Below are positions 21,261 to 33,800 of a stretch of 64,000 nt of DNA, one piece after another. Where the stretch lies: positions 250,001 to 314,000 of the forward strand of contig MU054338.1 of assembly GCA_013239625.1 (NCBI GenBank), given 5' to 3'. The notes under the pieces were generated by a model, which saw only the letters and a program-made list of their open reading frames with translations, made no database searches and was not told the origin of the DNA. How positions within the stretch are numbered: the first letter of the stretch is position 1; each line of letters starts with the position of its first letter. The DNA comes from Lama guanicoe (lineage: Eukaryota). The position numbers and the translations under genes are program-made.

Positions 21261-23794
21261 TGTTCCCTGTGTTTCAGGGGTGTTATCATCATCCCTGCTT
21301 TACAGACAAGGAAACTGAGGCACAGCCTTGGAAGCGGCAGGGAGAGGGCGAAACCCGCTGGTCTGGGAACCAGCCCTGCTGGCCTGCAGACACCTGGGTT
21401 TTAGCCCAGTGAGGCCCACTGACCAGGCCAGCGAGTGTCATTCTGAGCCACTGGGTCTGCAGCGATGGTCACAGCAGCTGCAGGAATGCAGCACGGCCTG
21501 GGGCCGGGAGGAAAACAGGAACCACGAGGGCAGAGGGAGTCGTTTCTGGGGGCTCGGCTAGAGCCAGGCCCCGCGTTTCCCTCTGAAGTCAATGCCTCGG
21601 TAGTGGAGGGTTCCTTGGGAGACTTTGGTAGCTCCTGTCCACTCTGGACCCAGGCCTGGGGCTGTCCTGTCACTGCTCCCCCAACTCCAGGCCTCGTCAC
21701 TTCCCCAGCCACACCCCCCTGGGGGCAGATAGGTACGAGTATTACCTGAAGCTGCAGGTGTGTGGAATACGTTCAGTCCTACAGCAACCCAAGGCTGTCA
21801 GTATTGTTTCTGTCCCCATGTTACTGACAGGGAAACAGAGGCACAGAGAGGTTAAGCCCTTGACGAGGGCTGCACAGCAAGGGAGCAGTGCGGCCAGGGT
21901 TGCAGCCTCAGGCCAGCCCCTGTTGGCTCTGCCGGGGGTCGAGCCTCCCCACAGTCTGGCCTATTTCCTTCTTGTCTGCTGAGCAGTTGTGAAACCAGCA
22001 ACCGTCCTTCACGTTCCAGACAACCAAGCCCCTTGAAGCCCTGTGGAGTGGCCTGGGTGGGGCTCAGTGTCTCCAGTCCCCATACTGAGGCCCAGAAAGG
22101 GGAGCCCAGCTGGTCCGTACAGGGTCTTGAACCCAGAACTCCAAGACTGTCATCCCTGAAGAGTCTTTCCATGGAGGATTTGGGTGGCTTTCCAAGTCAG
22201 AGCCGACTCAACAACAATAATGGTGACAGTGACAATGACAATAATAATAATAATAGCTCCTTTTACTGAATGCTTATGCTTGTTATTGATTTGTTGGGGC
22301 TCTTTATATACTGAGGAGATTAGCTCATAGTCAGTTCCTGAGCAACTGAGTGGGGCATGCATGCAGAAGGTGCTCATCACCTAGCCCTGAGTGGGGCATG
22401 CAGTTGGTGCTCAGTAAGTGCACAGCCCCTTCCCACAGCCCAGAACAGCAGCAGAAGCATGGAGGGTGGTCAAGAACCCCTGAGAATTTGAGGAAAGCTC
22501 AAAATCTTCCCAGGAAACCCCAAGACTCAGTGTCGGAGCCCAGGGACCCCACCCCACCCCCAACTGGCTCCTGTGTGCCTGAGTTTCCTCGTCTGTGAGT
22601 GGGACTGGTGCTTGGAACAGGGCACAGGCCAGAGGTCAGTCAGTGACACTTTTCCTTAAATCCCACACTTCACTTTTTAACCCCATTAACTCACATTCCA
22701 AGTAAATTGCTTCTTCTTTCTCGAAGTGGACAACAAGGCCTCAGGAATAAACAGCCCTTCCAACAGCCCTTCCAACCGCAGCCAGACCCACTCTAGATGG
22801 CAGCCAGGATCAGTGTGGGGTCGTGATGGACACCATTACCCCTTGCAGACCTTCTCCTAGACCTGGAGAAAGGGTCGTGTAGGTGTGAGCACCTGGCACA
22901 TGGGGGCCCTGACAAGCCCATTCCATGGATGGGTGAACCAAGGCCGGGGGGCAGAGCCTCACCTCCTTTACCTTGTCTGCCCTCAGAGCCGCCAGGATTT
23001 CTGCTGGGAGGGGCAGTGGGGGAAGCGGCTTGGCTACCGTTGGGGTCCCCAAGCTGCCCCCACAGCTGTCTGAGCCTCTGTCCCCTCCTCTGGGGAATGG
23101 GTGAGCCAGGTGCCTCTCTGAGGCCGCTGGCAAGAGCTCAGCCAGGGGCTGGGTGCTCTGGACGCCCTCATCTGTGAACTGGACACCAGCGCCATCCTTC
23201 CCTCGGGAAAGTCAGAGGAGACAGTGGGAGACTGGCAGTCATTCATCCCACGAGCGTTTACTGAGCGCCTGCTGTGTGCTGGCTCTACTGGCTGAGCGCC
23301 TGCTGTGTGCTGGCTCGGCTGGTGTGCCGGGGACACAGCTCTGCCTGGTGGAGCCAGGAAACAACAGCAAGACATCATCCGCAGCAGAATTAAGTGGGAA
23401 AAGAGCGACCAGAGTGGGTGAGGAGCACAGGGAAGGGGCAGGGTTTTAGGGCACGGAGGAGGCCCAGTGGCACTGGGAAGGTGGGGAGGGTGCTCATGGA
23501 GGAGGGTGCGTGTCTAGGGCGGGGGAAGGAAAGGCACCTTCAAGGGCTCAGCTGGGCCCCAAGAGCCAGGCTGCAGGGCCCTGGGGAGTTATAGAAGTGT
23601 CTCAGTGGGGCAGGTGAGGGCGAGGGGAGGAGAGGAGAGGGGCAGGGAGACCCTGGGGGCTGTGGGCTGACCTGGGGTCAGGGCTGGGAAAGGAAGGGGT
23701 CTCTGACTCAGGAACAGGGAGGAGTGGGGTCTTGGGGCCCACACAGAGCCCACTGTGAGACCCCCTGGAGTCCAAGGCCCAGAGGACGTTGAGG

Positions 23795-23979
23795 GTGGGC
23801 ATGCCCGTTTTGTAAATAAAGTTTTATTGGCACACAGCCACACGACGTGGCCCATACGGCCTCTGGCCACTATAGCATTGCAATGGCGGAGCTGAGTCCT
23901 TGCGACAGAGACCCACTGGCCTGCAATGCCAAAAAGATTTACTGTCTGGCCCTTTACAGAAAAAGTTTGCCAACCCCTG
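23795..23979. mobile_element. MER58-like hAT-Charlie DNA transposon fossil
   Basis: TTTTGTAAATAAAGTTTTATTGG.ACACAGCCAC...TGGCCCTTTACAGAAAAAGTTTGCCAACCCCTG terminus. Confidence 0.85.
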
Positions 23980-25199
23980 AGTGAGCATGTGCTCGGCCCT
24001 GTTCCAAGTCCTTCGCCTATGCTCACTCTGTAAACCCTCCCAGCAGTCCTAGGAGGTGGGGAAGTGAGGCTCAGAGAGGTTAAGAAGCAGACCCAAGGTT
24101 ACACAGCACACTTAGAGAAAAGCTGGCCCCCAGAGCCCTGATGGTTAACGGAGTCTTCATGTTGGTTCCACCTTGGCTCATTTATCTCACTGTTTTCACG
24201 CTAAATGGATGCACGGTCATTGTAAAGGGTGGGCAAAGGCCTGTGAGGGGGAAGGCAGCCCCCCACACCCTGTCCCCCAGGGCTGGGGCATGTCCTGCCC
24301 CATCTTTCTCCAGCACTCATCCAAGGCTGTTTCCCTTTACACCCCTGGTGACTGAGCACCTGCTGGGCAGGTTTGTAAGACAGCAAAACCTAAGAGATTT
24401 GGAAGAATCTCTCTCTCTGCCCCCCACCCCCGCCCCACTGAGTAAGTGGGTTCAGGGCCTGAGAGCTCGTGTTCTTCTCGGAACATGTTGGTGGAAACAG
24501 GTCCTGCCTCAGTCCTGGTCGGTAGGGTCCACATGGTGACACATGTAGTATGAAGAACTCTGTCTACCCTAGGAACCGAGGGGGTGGCAGGGGACGGAGT
24601 TGGCTGTAACCTCTGTAACCCTGGGGAGCTCCACCTCTAGCCCAGTCCAGGACTCACCCTGAACCCCAACCTAGGCATCCAGCTGCCCACCCAGCATTCC
24701 CCACTGTCAAGTTCTGGGCACCATTCACGTCCGCGTGTCCTTCCAGGGGCTCAGCTTGCAGACAGGGACCCTGATGCCTGTCATCCCACATCCTGTCCAG
24801 TGGCAATCCTGTCATCTCCCCTTCAAGATCCATCCAAGAATCCACCCAGTTCTCAACCTGGTCGAGCCTCCGCCATGTCCCTGGGGGTCCTAGGTCAGTT
24901 CAGCCTCTTCTGACTCCAAGCCCTCCCCCTCCCCTGCCATTGGCCTCCTTCATCCGTTCCCCACCTGGCAGCCCCAGTGGCCCTCACACACATAAACTGA
25001 GGTGACTCCTCTCCTGCTCTAAACTCCGCTGTGGCTCCCCAGTGCCCTTTGTTCTCCCTACTCCCTCCATTATCCCCCTCTCACTCAGGCCTGTTGGTGC
25101 GGCAGAGCTGTGGGTCAGATGAAATTCCTTAAGCCTCGTCCACCCGGCTCGGCTCGGAAGACCAGCAGCTTCTCTCATTATGATTCCTCCTCATACAGG

Positions 25200-26400
25200 C
25201 CTGGCTCAGTCCCACCGCCGGCCTCTGGAGCTTGCAGGGCCGGCCACCTGGCCGCTCTTTGAAGATACTCCCGCAGATGGTCTCAGGACCCTCCTCCGGC
25301 TGCCGGCTGCAGGCTGCAGAGACGTCAGCCCCTCGGAGCGGCCCCCCCCCGACCTCCCCGGGTCCGCTGTCCCCGTCCGCGCCCCCTTTGGCCCGGGAGC
25401 TGGGAGGGGCGGGATTGGTGGCGGCCTCGGCGGGGTCCCAGGCCGGCGCCCAGACAGCCTGGGCCTGAGAGTCGGCCTGGCACGGAGACGGAATGAATGA
25501 GTCTGGGGAGGCCCTGGGACGCGGCGCCGGCCGGGCCGGAGGTTCCGGAGGGACCGGCGGGCCGGCGCGCGGTGACCGCGGCGCTGCGGCGGCGGCGGCG
25601 GCCGGCAGGAGGCGNNNNNNNNNNNNNNNNNNNNNNNNNNNNNNNNNNNNNNNNNNNNNNNNNNNNNNNNNNNNNNNNNNNNNNNNNNNNNNNNNNNNNN
25701 NNNNNNNNNNNNNNNNNNNNNNNNNNNNNNNNNNNNNNNNNNNNNNNNNNNNNNNNNNNNNNNNNNNNNNNNNNNNNNNNNNNNNNNNNNNNNNNNNNNN
25801 NNNNNNNNNNNNNNNNNNNNNNNNNNNNNNNNNNNNNNNNNNNNNNNNNNNNNNNNNNNNNNNNNNNNNNNNNNNNNNNNNNNNNNNNNNNNNNNNNNNN
25901 NNNNNNNNNNNNNNNNNNNNNNNNNNNNNNNNNNNNNNNNNNNNNACCCACGGCCCACCCCCGGGCCGTCGCGGTCCTCGCTTGGGGAGGGAGGTGGCGA
26001 GGGGCTTCCGGGACCCCTACTCGGCTGGGGAGGGACACGGGCTGCGCAGTGCCCGCCCGGAGGCCGCCCCCTACCCCGCCCTGGCGGCCCACGGGCTAAT
26101 GGGGACTCGGGAGGCAGCGGCTGGGGGCAGCCCGGGACGCGAGCAGGGTGGGGGTGGGTGCTGTGTCTCTGCCCGCGCCCCAGGGCGGGCCGCGGCCTTC
26201 GTCCACCTGTGGGCCCCCAAGCGGGCTCCCTGGGGCCAGGGGGCGACCCCTCCCCATGGCACCGCCGGCTTTGAGCTCACTCCCCCACCCCCAACGTGAG
26301 CTCGCTGCTCCCTGCTGCCTGGACGCGGGCACCGGCCAGTCCTGCCTTGCCTGACTGCCCTCACCTTGGGCCTCAAGTGCTGTCTGGGGCCCCTGCTAAG
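25200..26400 (+). promoter_or_regulatory. PALM promoter CpG island; exon 1 (ATG GA) inferred inside the N-gap
   Basis: Very CpG-rich flanks including (GGC)n; exon 2 starts in phase 2 (G GTC CTG) and needs a short upstream coding exon that is not visible in the called bases. Confidence 0.75.
25615..25945. other. Assembly gap (331 N) in the PALM promoter CpG island
   Basis: Run of N. Confidence 0.99.
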
Positions 26401-29400
26401 GCCGGAGGTCCAGGCACCCCAGGTGCCGAGTTCTGTGGAGCCAGGGAGCTTTTCTCCAGGCTTCGGGGTCTGGGTTGGGTGTGAGACCAGAGGTCCTGTA
26501 CTTTCGGATAGGGGAGCTTGGGTCTCATCCCCTCCTAGGAAAAGTGTCCCCAGGGTGGGGCCCCAAATGGTGTAGCCAAGAGCTGGCTGGCCTGGGTGCG
26601 AGCTGGGTGGGCGGCCTGGGTCTAGGGGTCTGGTGAGGAGCTGCTGGGTGGCAGCAGATTCCTGCAGGAGCAGGTGCCCAGTGAGTGTGAGTGGTCATTT
26701 CAGACAGAAGTCCTCTGTTCCTGGCATCAGGGAGTCCCCCATGCCCCCACTCCCACAGGTGGGCACTGGGGGGCTGTGGGGTGTGTTTATGTGCACAGGG
26801 GTGGAGAAGGGCTGTCTGGTGTCCCAGCAGCCCGCCTGCCCTGTCCCGGGGCCAGCGGCTGCCACTCTCTGGGCCAGGTCCCCACCCAGCCCGAGGCCCA
26901 GACACGGAGTTCCAGCCAGCCCACCCTGCCTGGCTGCCCTGCTCACCCCACTGGATGTGTTGTCTGAGCCCTCAACTTTCCTCCAGGGATTCACCCGTGA
27001 CCGCCACACCCGCAGCGGGGTGGGAGTCACCGCCTCCTGCCCTCTCCGGGAAGGAGACACCCATGTCCTCTGCTTTTGAAAGCCAGACAAAGGCCCAGCC
27101 CGCTCTCCCCACCCAGCCCGGGAGCCCAGCCAGGGGCTCAGGGGAGCCAGGGCCAGACCTGTCTGCTACATTCCCCCCACCTGTTTTTCTGCCCTGCTCC
27201 CCAGGCCCAGGGGAGCCTCTGGGCCTCCTGACAGCAGGCCCTGAGCAGGGTGTGGCTGTGGGGAGGGGGGCTGCCTCCAGGGAGGAGGGGTGAAGAGGGA
27301 GGAAACACCCACCCAGAGCAGAGGAATGAGACGTTCTGGATGGGCCCCATTGTTTCCTTTCCCGCCGTCCCTTTCATTTTCAGCAGGGCTACAGAAGCCC
27401 AGAGAGGGGCCACCGCTGCCCCCAGGTCCCAAAGCGCAGGGAGGGCCCACGGAGCTTGCCGCCCTATCGCAGGCCTTCTTGGTCTCGGTCAGATACAGCG
27501 CGTGGGCCCCCCACTAGGTGGATCACTGGCTTTTCTGGGTGCAGACGTGCAGCAGGACTTGGTGTTAACCACCCGAATAGTCCTGCAGGGGAGCTGTCCC
27601 CTTGGGTTGGCGAAGGGTGGGGAGGCTCCATCTGGTGCCTCCCTATGTGAACACCTGCCCCTGGTTCCTCGTCCTCTTCCACGAAGGCAGAGCCGGCTCC
27701 AGGCACGGAGGCAATGGCTCCTGGAACATAATCATTCACCTCCTTCCGTTTCCATGGATTCTGCTGTCAGAGTCACGGGAGATGGTGGCGGTTTGTGGTG
27801 GCGCTGGAAAGTTTCTTGTAGAGATAAATTGAAGAATCTGACAACATTTCATTGATTTCAGGATTAAACTAATTTTCGTGAATTTAAGAATGTAAGGAGT
27901 TAGCAAAAACTAGCCAAGAACTAAGCAGTGGGGTGGTGGGAGGTGGGTGGTGATGTAAAGCTGGGACAAGGATGGGGCAGGGCGAAGGATGAGACACTGG
28001 GCGGGGGTCCGGAGCCGGATGCACATCCGACTGAGGGGGTCGCTGTGCGGCCCCAGGTGAGGGGTGCAGTGCTGCTCCTCTGGGAGCCTCAGGCTTTGGC
28101 TGGCAAAGATACTTTAGCTGGGAGCAGCTGTTCTCAGGTGCCAAGGTCCTCATCTGGGGTGAGGGCAAGTCTTGGATGCTGGGACGGGAGCAGGGGAGCA
28201 GAGTTGGGTCAGGACCCTCCCAGATTCCTTCTCGCCCTGAGGTCTGGACCTTTTCAAGGAGAAAGTCTCCTCTGAGTGCTAACGAGGTCCCACTTGCTAA
28301 TCTCCCTTTTTAATGAGGAGCAGAACCAGTTAAAAGGCGACTGTATCCAGTGATAATTGAATTTAGTAAGTTTTTACTTTCATTGTGTCTTTTTTTTTTT
28401 TAATGTTTTCCCTCTGATGTTTGTGGCAGTGGCTTCTGGTCTTCATAGTCTTGGTAACAATTAACATCTCCTAGTACAAAGGAGTTTGATTCAAACAGAG
28501 AGTGAATCTGAACGCAGGGAGCGCTGGAGATGGTGGCAGGAACACAGGAAGTTGGTTTGAGAAGTGCAAGCGTCATTGATTTCCCAGTCATTGAGTGAGC
28601 ACTTGCTGGATATTAGGCTTTGTTCTGAGGGCTCTGTCCATATGACCGTGATTGTTTCTTACAGCAGCCCTGTGAGGGGGGAAACTGAGGCACAGAGCGG
28701 CGACAGAACGTTCCTGGGGCCACGCAGCAGGAAAGTAGTGGTGCTGGGGTTTTCTCCTGGGGTATCCTTTTAGCTGCCAGGGGAGGGTAGCTTTGTACCT
28801 TCCCAGGTCCCAGGAGCTGTGAGCTGGAGGGTCCTCCTGGGAGTCCTGACATTGGCTTTTCAGCCTGGGTGGTCTGCTGGGCCACACAGCAGGTGGCCTT
28901 TGTTGCAGTCTGGGTTCCTGGGGGCACCTGCCCATGCTTCCCCCCCAGGGACCCCTTCTGTGACTGCTGACTCGGAAGTGGGGCATGGAGAGGGGGTGTC
29001 CTGACTCCCCTCTCTGGGCCTCACTTTTCTTGTCTGGTGAATGGAGACAGAGCCCACCCAGCCCCCTCCTAGACAGGGTGCCACGAGGGGCAGGGCAGGG
29101 GCCTTACAATTGGACCCTGTGAGTACCACCTGCAAGGATCTGCTCCAGCCCCGTGGTGAGGCCCATCCTCAAGGGCCTCGTATTTTGATGCAGGGAAACA
29201 GGCTGATTTTCTTACAAAACGTCACATCACCTCTTCTGGAGTCCGCAACCCTATTCCTTCCATCCTTTCTCTATCTGGGAAGCCTGTTGTCTGTTCATTT
29301 AAGAAATACACCCTGCTGACCATTTCAGCCCTGTGCAGGATCAGAGGGGCCTGAAGGAGCCCATTGGAGGGGTCTTCTTTGAGATGTGAGGAAGGTTTCC

Positions 29401-30449
29401 CGGTCCATTCTGTCATGGACCTTTTCTGCAAAAGATATTTCAGGGTTTACTCAGGCAGGCAGAAGGGCATACCTGGTGGAGAGTCAGGCCCATGCAAAGG
29501 CCCAGAGGTGGGAAGTGTTGGGAGAGGGGTGCATTCTTTGGTCTGTGCTCTTGGGAGTGGGTCCTCCCAGGCCTGTGGTGCCCAGCTGGGGATTCACAGG
29601 GAGCCATGGGTGGTGTCTGAGCAGGAGGGGAGTGAGGTTCCAACTCAGGCACCAGAAAGAGGGGCAGCTGAGGGCCCAGAGCAGGGAGAAGAAAGTCAGG
29701 GCTCAGCCTGGATGGGGCAGTAGGGGGCAGTTTGGGGAGAAGTGTGGGAGCTGGGAGGACCACCCCTGACCAGCTGGGGTAGACACAGGACAACCCCACC
29801 GGACAACCACCCCCACCCCACATCTGGGTAGGCGCAGATGAGACTTCAGAACTTGGCAGTGGTTGGAGCTGCCTGCAAGGATGATGGCCTAGTCAAGGAG
29901 AGATAGCCCAGTCCCTAGATGTGCTGGGAGGCCCAGTGGCCCTGCTCCAGAAGGGTCTTGGGGCAGAATGAGATGGCTGAGTAGAGGTCTTGGTGCCTGA
30001 GCATGCAGGCTTGGGCTGGGGTGCCTGTCTCCAAGGGTTTCAAGCAGGAACCCAGGGCAAGTCAGAGCCCATTGCTGGGACAGCCTAGACTGGGCTAGGA
30101 ATTGGGAAGGGTTGCCCACGCCAGGCCCTGTGGTGGACAGGACAGGTGAGGACCACCGTGAGAGCAACCTGGACAGAAGGGTCATGGTGTGACAGAGACA
30201 GGCCTGGGGACCCAGCTGGGAGAGCAGGGTGGGAGTGGGGACAGCAGACTTGGCAGGCGCTTCCAGTGACACCTGTCAGGGAGCAGCCAGGTGATGCCCT
30301 GGTCAGTCTGTGCTCAAATCTTTCTGACCTGGAGAGTCTCAGGGCAGGGCCAGCAGGACCTTACAATGCCCCACAGCGTGGGTAGGACCCCAGCTCTGAC
30401 TCCAGCATGGCCCTTGGTGAGAGAGTCAGTATTTCTGCTATATATATGT

Positions 30450-30875
30450 ATGTATTTATTTATTCTTAACGAGCTTTTTTGAGATATTCACACACCACAC
30501 AATCCACCTGTTTAAAGTATACAATTCAGTAGTTTTCAGTACATTCACAGAGTTGTATAACCATCACTTCTATCCAGTTCAAGAACATTCCATCACCCCC
30601 TAAAAAAAACCCATCCCCATCAGCAGTCACTCCCCACTCACTTCCCCAGCCCCTGACAACCGGGAGCCCCCTCCCTGTGTCTGGGGACTGGCCTGTTCTG
30701 GACGCCTCACATCCATGGACTCCCACGCTGTGTGTCCTGTGTCTGCTTCTCTCACTGAGCACCGTGCTCTCAGGGTTTGTCCACGTGGGAGCAGGTGTCA
30801 TTGTGCCTGATGTTCCCCTTTGTGGATGGATACATTGTGTTTATCCATCCCTCACTTGATGGGCATTTGGGTTGC
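30450..30875 (-). mobile_element. L1MB-type 3'UTR fragment
   Basis: AAAGTATACAATTCAGTAGTTTTCAGTACATTCACAGAGTTGT..ACCATCAC...TTTATCCAT...GATGGGCATTTGGGTTG. Confidence 0.8.
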
Positions 30876-33800
30876 TTTATATATTTATTTATAAGTCACT
30901 TTCAGGGTGGTTGGGGCTTGTCTCTTGTCCTCTACTGGATGTGGGGAGCCCAGGTCCTGTTTTAGATAAATTCAAAATTTTCTTTAAAGAGAAAAACAAA
31001 AAAAAAAGGAAGCAATTACAGGACAAATGGTCCATGGAGGGTGGCAAGAGTGTGATAAGGATCGGGGAACCTTTGAGGGGCCCTCTTGAGAAATGGAAGG
31101 ACCCTAATTGACTCGCTGGTCTATTGAACATTTATTGAGTACCTCCTGTGTACCTAGTGTGGGGGACATGGCAGGAACAAAAAGAGACAGTTACTGTCCT
31201 CAAGGGGAAATAAACAAAATAAGTAACATGATCAGGTGTTTCCTGGTGGTGAAGGCTGGCAGGGGTGGGGATGGAGGGCATGGAGGTGCTGAGGCTAATT
31301 GGGGGGGGGGTCAGAGGAGGCCTGAGTGAAGAGGTGATATCTGAAGACAGGCCTGAGGGAGTTAGTGAGCCCGTGGAAACCTGGAAGAGAGTGCACCAGG
31401 CAGGGAACACAGTCAGTGCAAAGGCTCCGAGGTGGCATGGCGCTGGGATGTTTGAGGTGGCTGGAGCAGAGTGAGGGGTGGGGAAGGACAGTGGGTGTCT
31501 GGGGCTGGTCTCTGCAGCTAAAGCCAGAGAAGGCCCAGGGCAGGGCCAGCTCCTCCCCTCCCCATCCCAGGTTAATGGACAACAGTTTTGCTCTCTTGGG
31601 TCTGTGGCCTGCTCTCTCGGTCTCCACCATGGGGGTGACATCTCTCAGCTTTGAACCTTCTAGAAAGTCCATGTCTCATGGGCTGCTTACCTCACCAGTA
31701 ACAGTAGTAATCCTAGAGGCTCACCTGTGCTGAGTGCTGAGGGGCTTTGAGAAGGAGTAATTCCTTCCTGATGAGGAGAGGAGACCCAGGAAGGCTTCCT
31801 GGAAGAGGCAGCTGTGTTTGAGCTGAGCCTGGAGGTGGAGGAAAGAAAGGGGAAGGCAAGAAACTGATGAAGGGTGAGGGGCAAGCCCCTGGGGCTTCTG
31901 TGGTGGGCTGAGAGGTAGAGGAAGTGTCTGGAGGGGGAAGGTGCTGGTGGGTCAGGAGGGACAAAGTCCCCGCAGGGAGCTGGAAACCAGCCTCCCCCGA
32001 CTCCAGCCTCCATCCAATGAGGGAAGGGGCCCCTGGGCTCCCTCTCACCTCCCCCTCCCCCCGCCCCGTGTGACTCTGCCTCCCCCTACACACAGCCGTG
32101 GCCAAGGTCGTTGTCAGCTGTTTCCTTTCAATTAGTGCAGGAATGTTCCAGCTCTGGGCTGTGCGCCTGCCTGGGCCGGGACCCCCTCATTCCGGCTGGA
32201 GCTGCCCCAGCAGGGCCTGGACTCTGGAAAGACAAGCGCAACACCCCCACCCCCCTCCCACCTCCCGCTCCGGCCCCTCCTGCCCCTCCTGCCCCTCCTG
32301 CCCGCTGGGTGACCTTGGGCCAGTTGCATAACCTCTCTGGGCCTTTAAAACATAAATGCCCGCAAAGCTGAGGCCTTGCTGGGTTTGGGTCTCATTAGCT
32401 CATCTCCTGGAGCCGGATTATCTCACGCGCTCGAAGCCGACGCCCTCGAGCCGCCCACAAGGCGGCTCGAGCCCAGAATTTGCTCCATGTGCCGTAAAAA
32501 ATAACCGCGCAAGAACCAGACGCCTGCGCGCAGAAGGTGGGCGTCCTGGCGGAGGGCAAGTCTCTCCACCAGCAGCTGCGAGCTGTGGCCCATCGCGCAG
32601 CGGAGCCAAGGGAGGGCTCAGAGACGCAAGTGACTTGCCCGGGTCACACAGCCAGCGGGGAAAACTGCCCCGCCGCTCTAACCCCTCCCCAGTGCGTTTT
32701 AGCCAAAACTCAGCTTCTCTGCCCAGCTTCTAAGATCTTCTGTAATCTGGCCCTGCTTCCCTGAGCGGAAGTGAGAGTCTCCACCATCCTGTTGACCATC
32801 CTGCACCCTCCAGCCCCTGCTGCGCCCTGCCCCCCGCCAGACCTCCGGGAGACCCTGCACTCAGTGCGCTCCGGAGCCTGCCTGGGTCCAGGTCCCCGCT
32901 CCACCGTTCTGATGCTTCAGTTCATTCATTGATAAAACGGCCATAATCATCCCACGTGCCTCACAGGACCTTCAGGAGGTTGGAGGCTTAGCGAATATTT
33001 ACAGGCCTCGCTCCTCCCCTGACTCAGTTTCCCCTTCTGTAAAGTGAGGGTGAGCCCCGCCCGCAGAAGATGGTGAGCTCTGGAGAGGATGTTCCTATTG
33101 TATCACTGTTTTATTAGGGCTCCATCGTCCTATTTTGTTTTATTTTTCGGATTTATGATGTTGAGCTTTATCTTGGCTTGACCTTGGCTGCCTGGCGCCA
33201 AGGGTGGGTCCAGACCCTTCCTGGATAGAAGCCCCTCCCTGGGCGCGGCCCTGAAACCAGAAGGGGGATCCCCCTCCCCTGCAGTGGGGGTGGGGTAGAC
33301 CCCATTACCCAACCAAATCCCACCCTATTTAGGCAGCCCCTGAGGCCTAGGGCAGGAATCCCCTCAGCCCCTCAGCCCCCCAGCGCTGGGCCGGGGGCGG
33401 GAGATGCTCGGCGCCAGTCCCGCCCCCGCGCGCCCGCTGGGCCTCGGCGTTGCCATGGAGATGGCGCGGTTACCAGGGCAACCGCCTCCCGCGGGCCCCG
33501 CCATCCATCACCCGCGGCTGCTGCGCCCGCCCGGGGCGGGGCCGGGTGCTATGGCTCTGGCGCCCCCAGGCCCGGGGAGGGGTATGTGAGGGAGACACAC
33601 AGCCTGAGCCCCTCAGGCTGTGACAGCATCACCGGTGGAAAGGGATGGATGTTCTCTTCCTGAGCCGGCCCTCACCTCGCTGTGCCCGCCTGACCTTCCT
33701 CTGCCCTGGCTTGGCCCAGCAGGGACTGGCGGCCCCCGCGAGGACACTGCCCTCCTTGTCTCCAAGCCTGCCGAGCTGACCTCACCGCCATCCCTATGTC

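Noticed and set aside
23261..23316. 25-bp direct repeat (CTGAGCGCCTGCTGTGTGCTGGCTC twice) as a CRISPR-like or functional array
   Set aside because: Only two copies with a 6-nt spacer inside an L2 relic; simple slippage duplication in a mammalian genome.
25180..26299. ORFs across the PALM promoter gap
   Set aside because: Translated N runs and CpG-island sequence; no recognisable protein.
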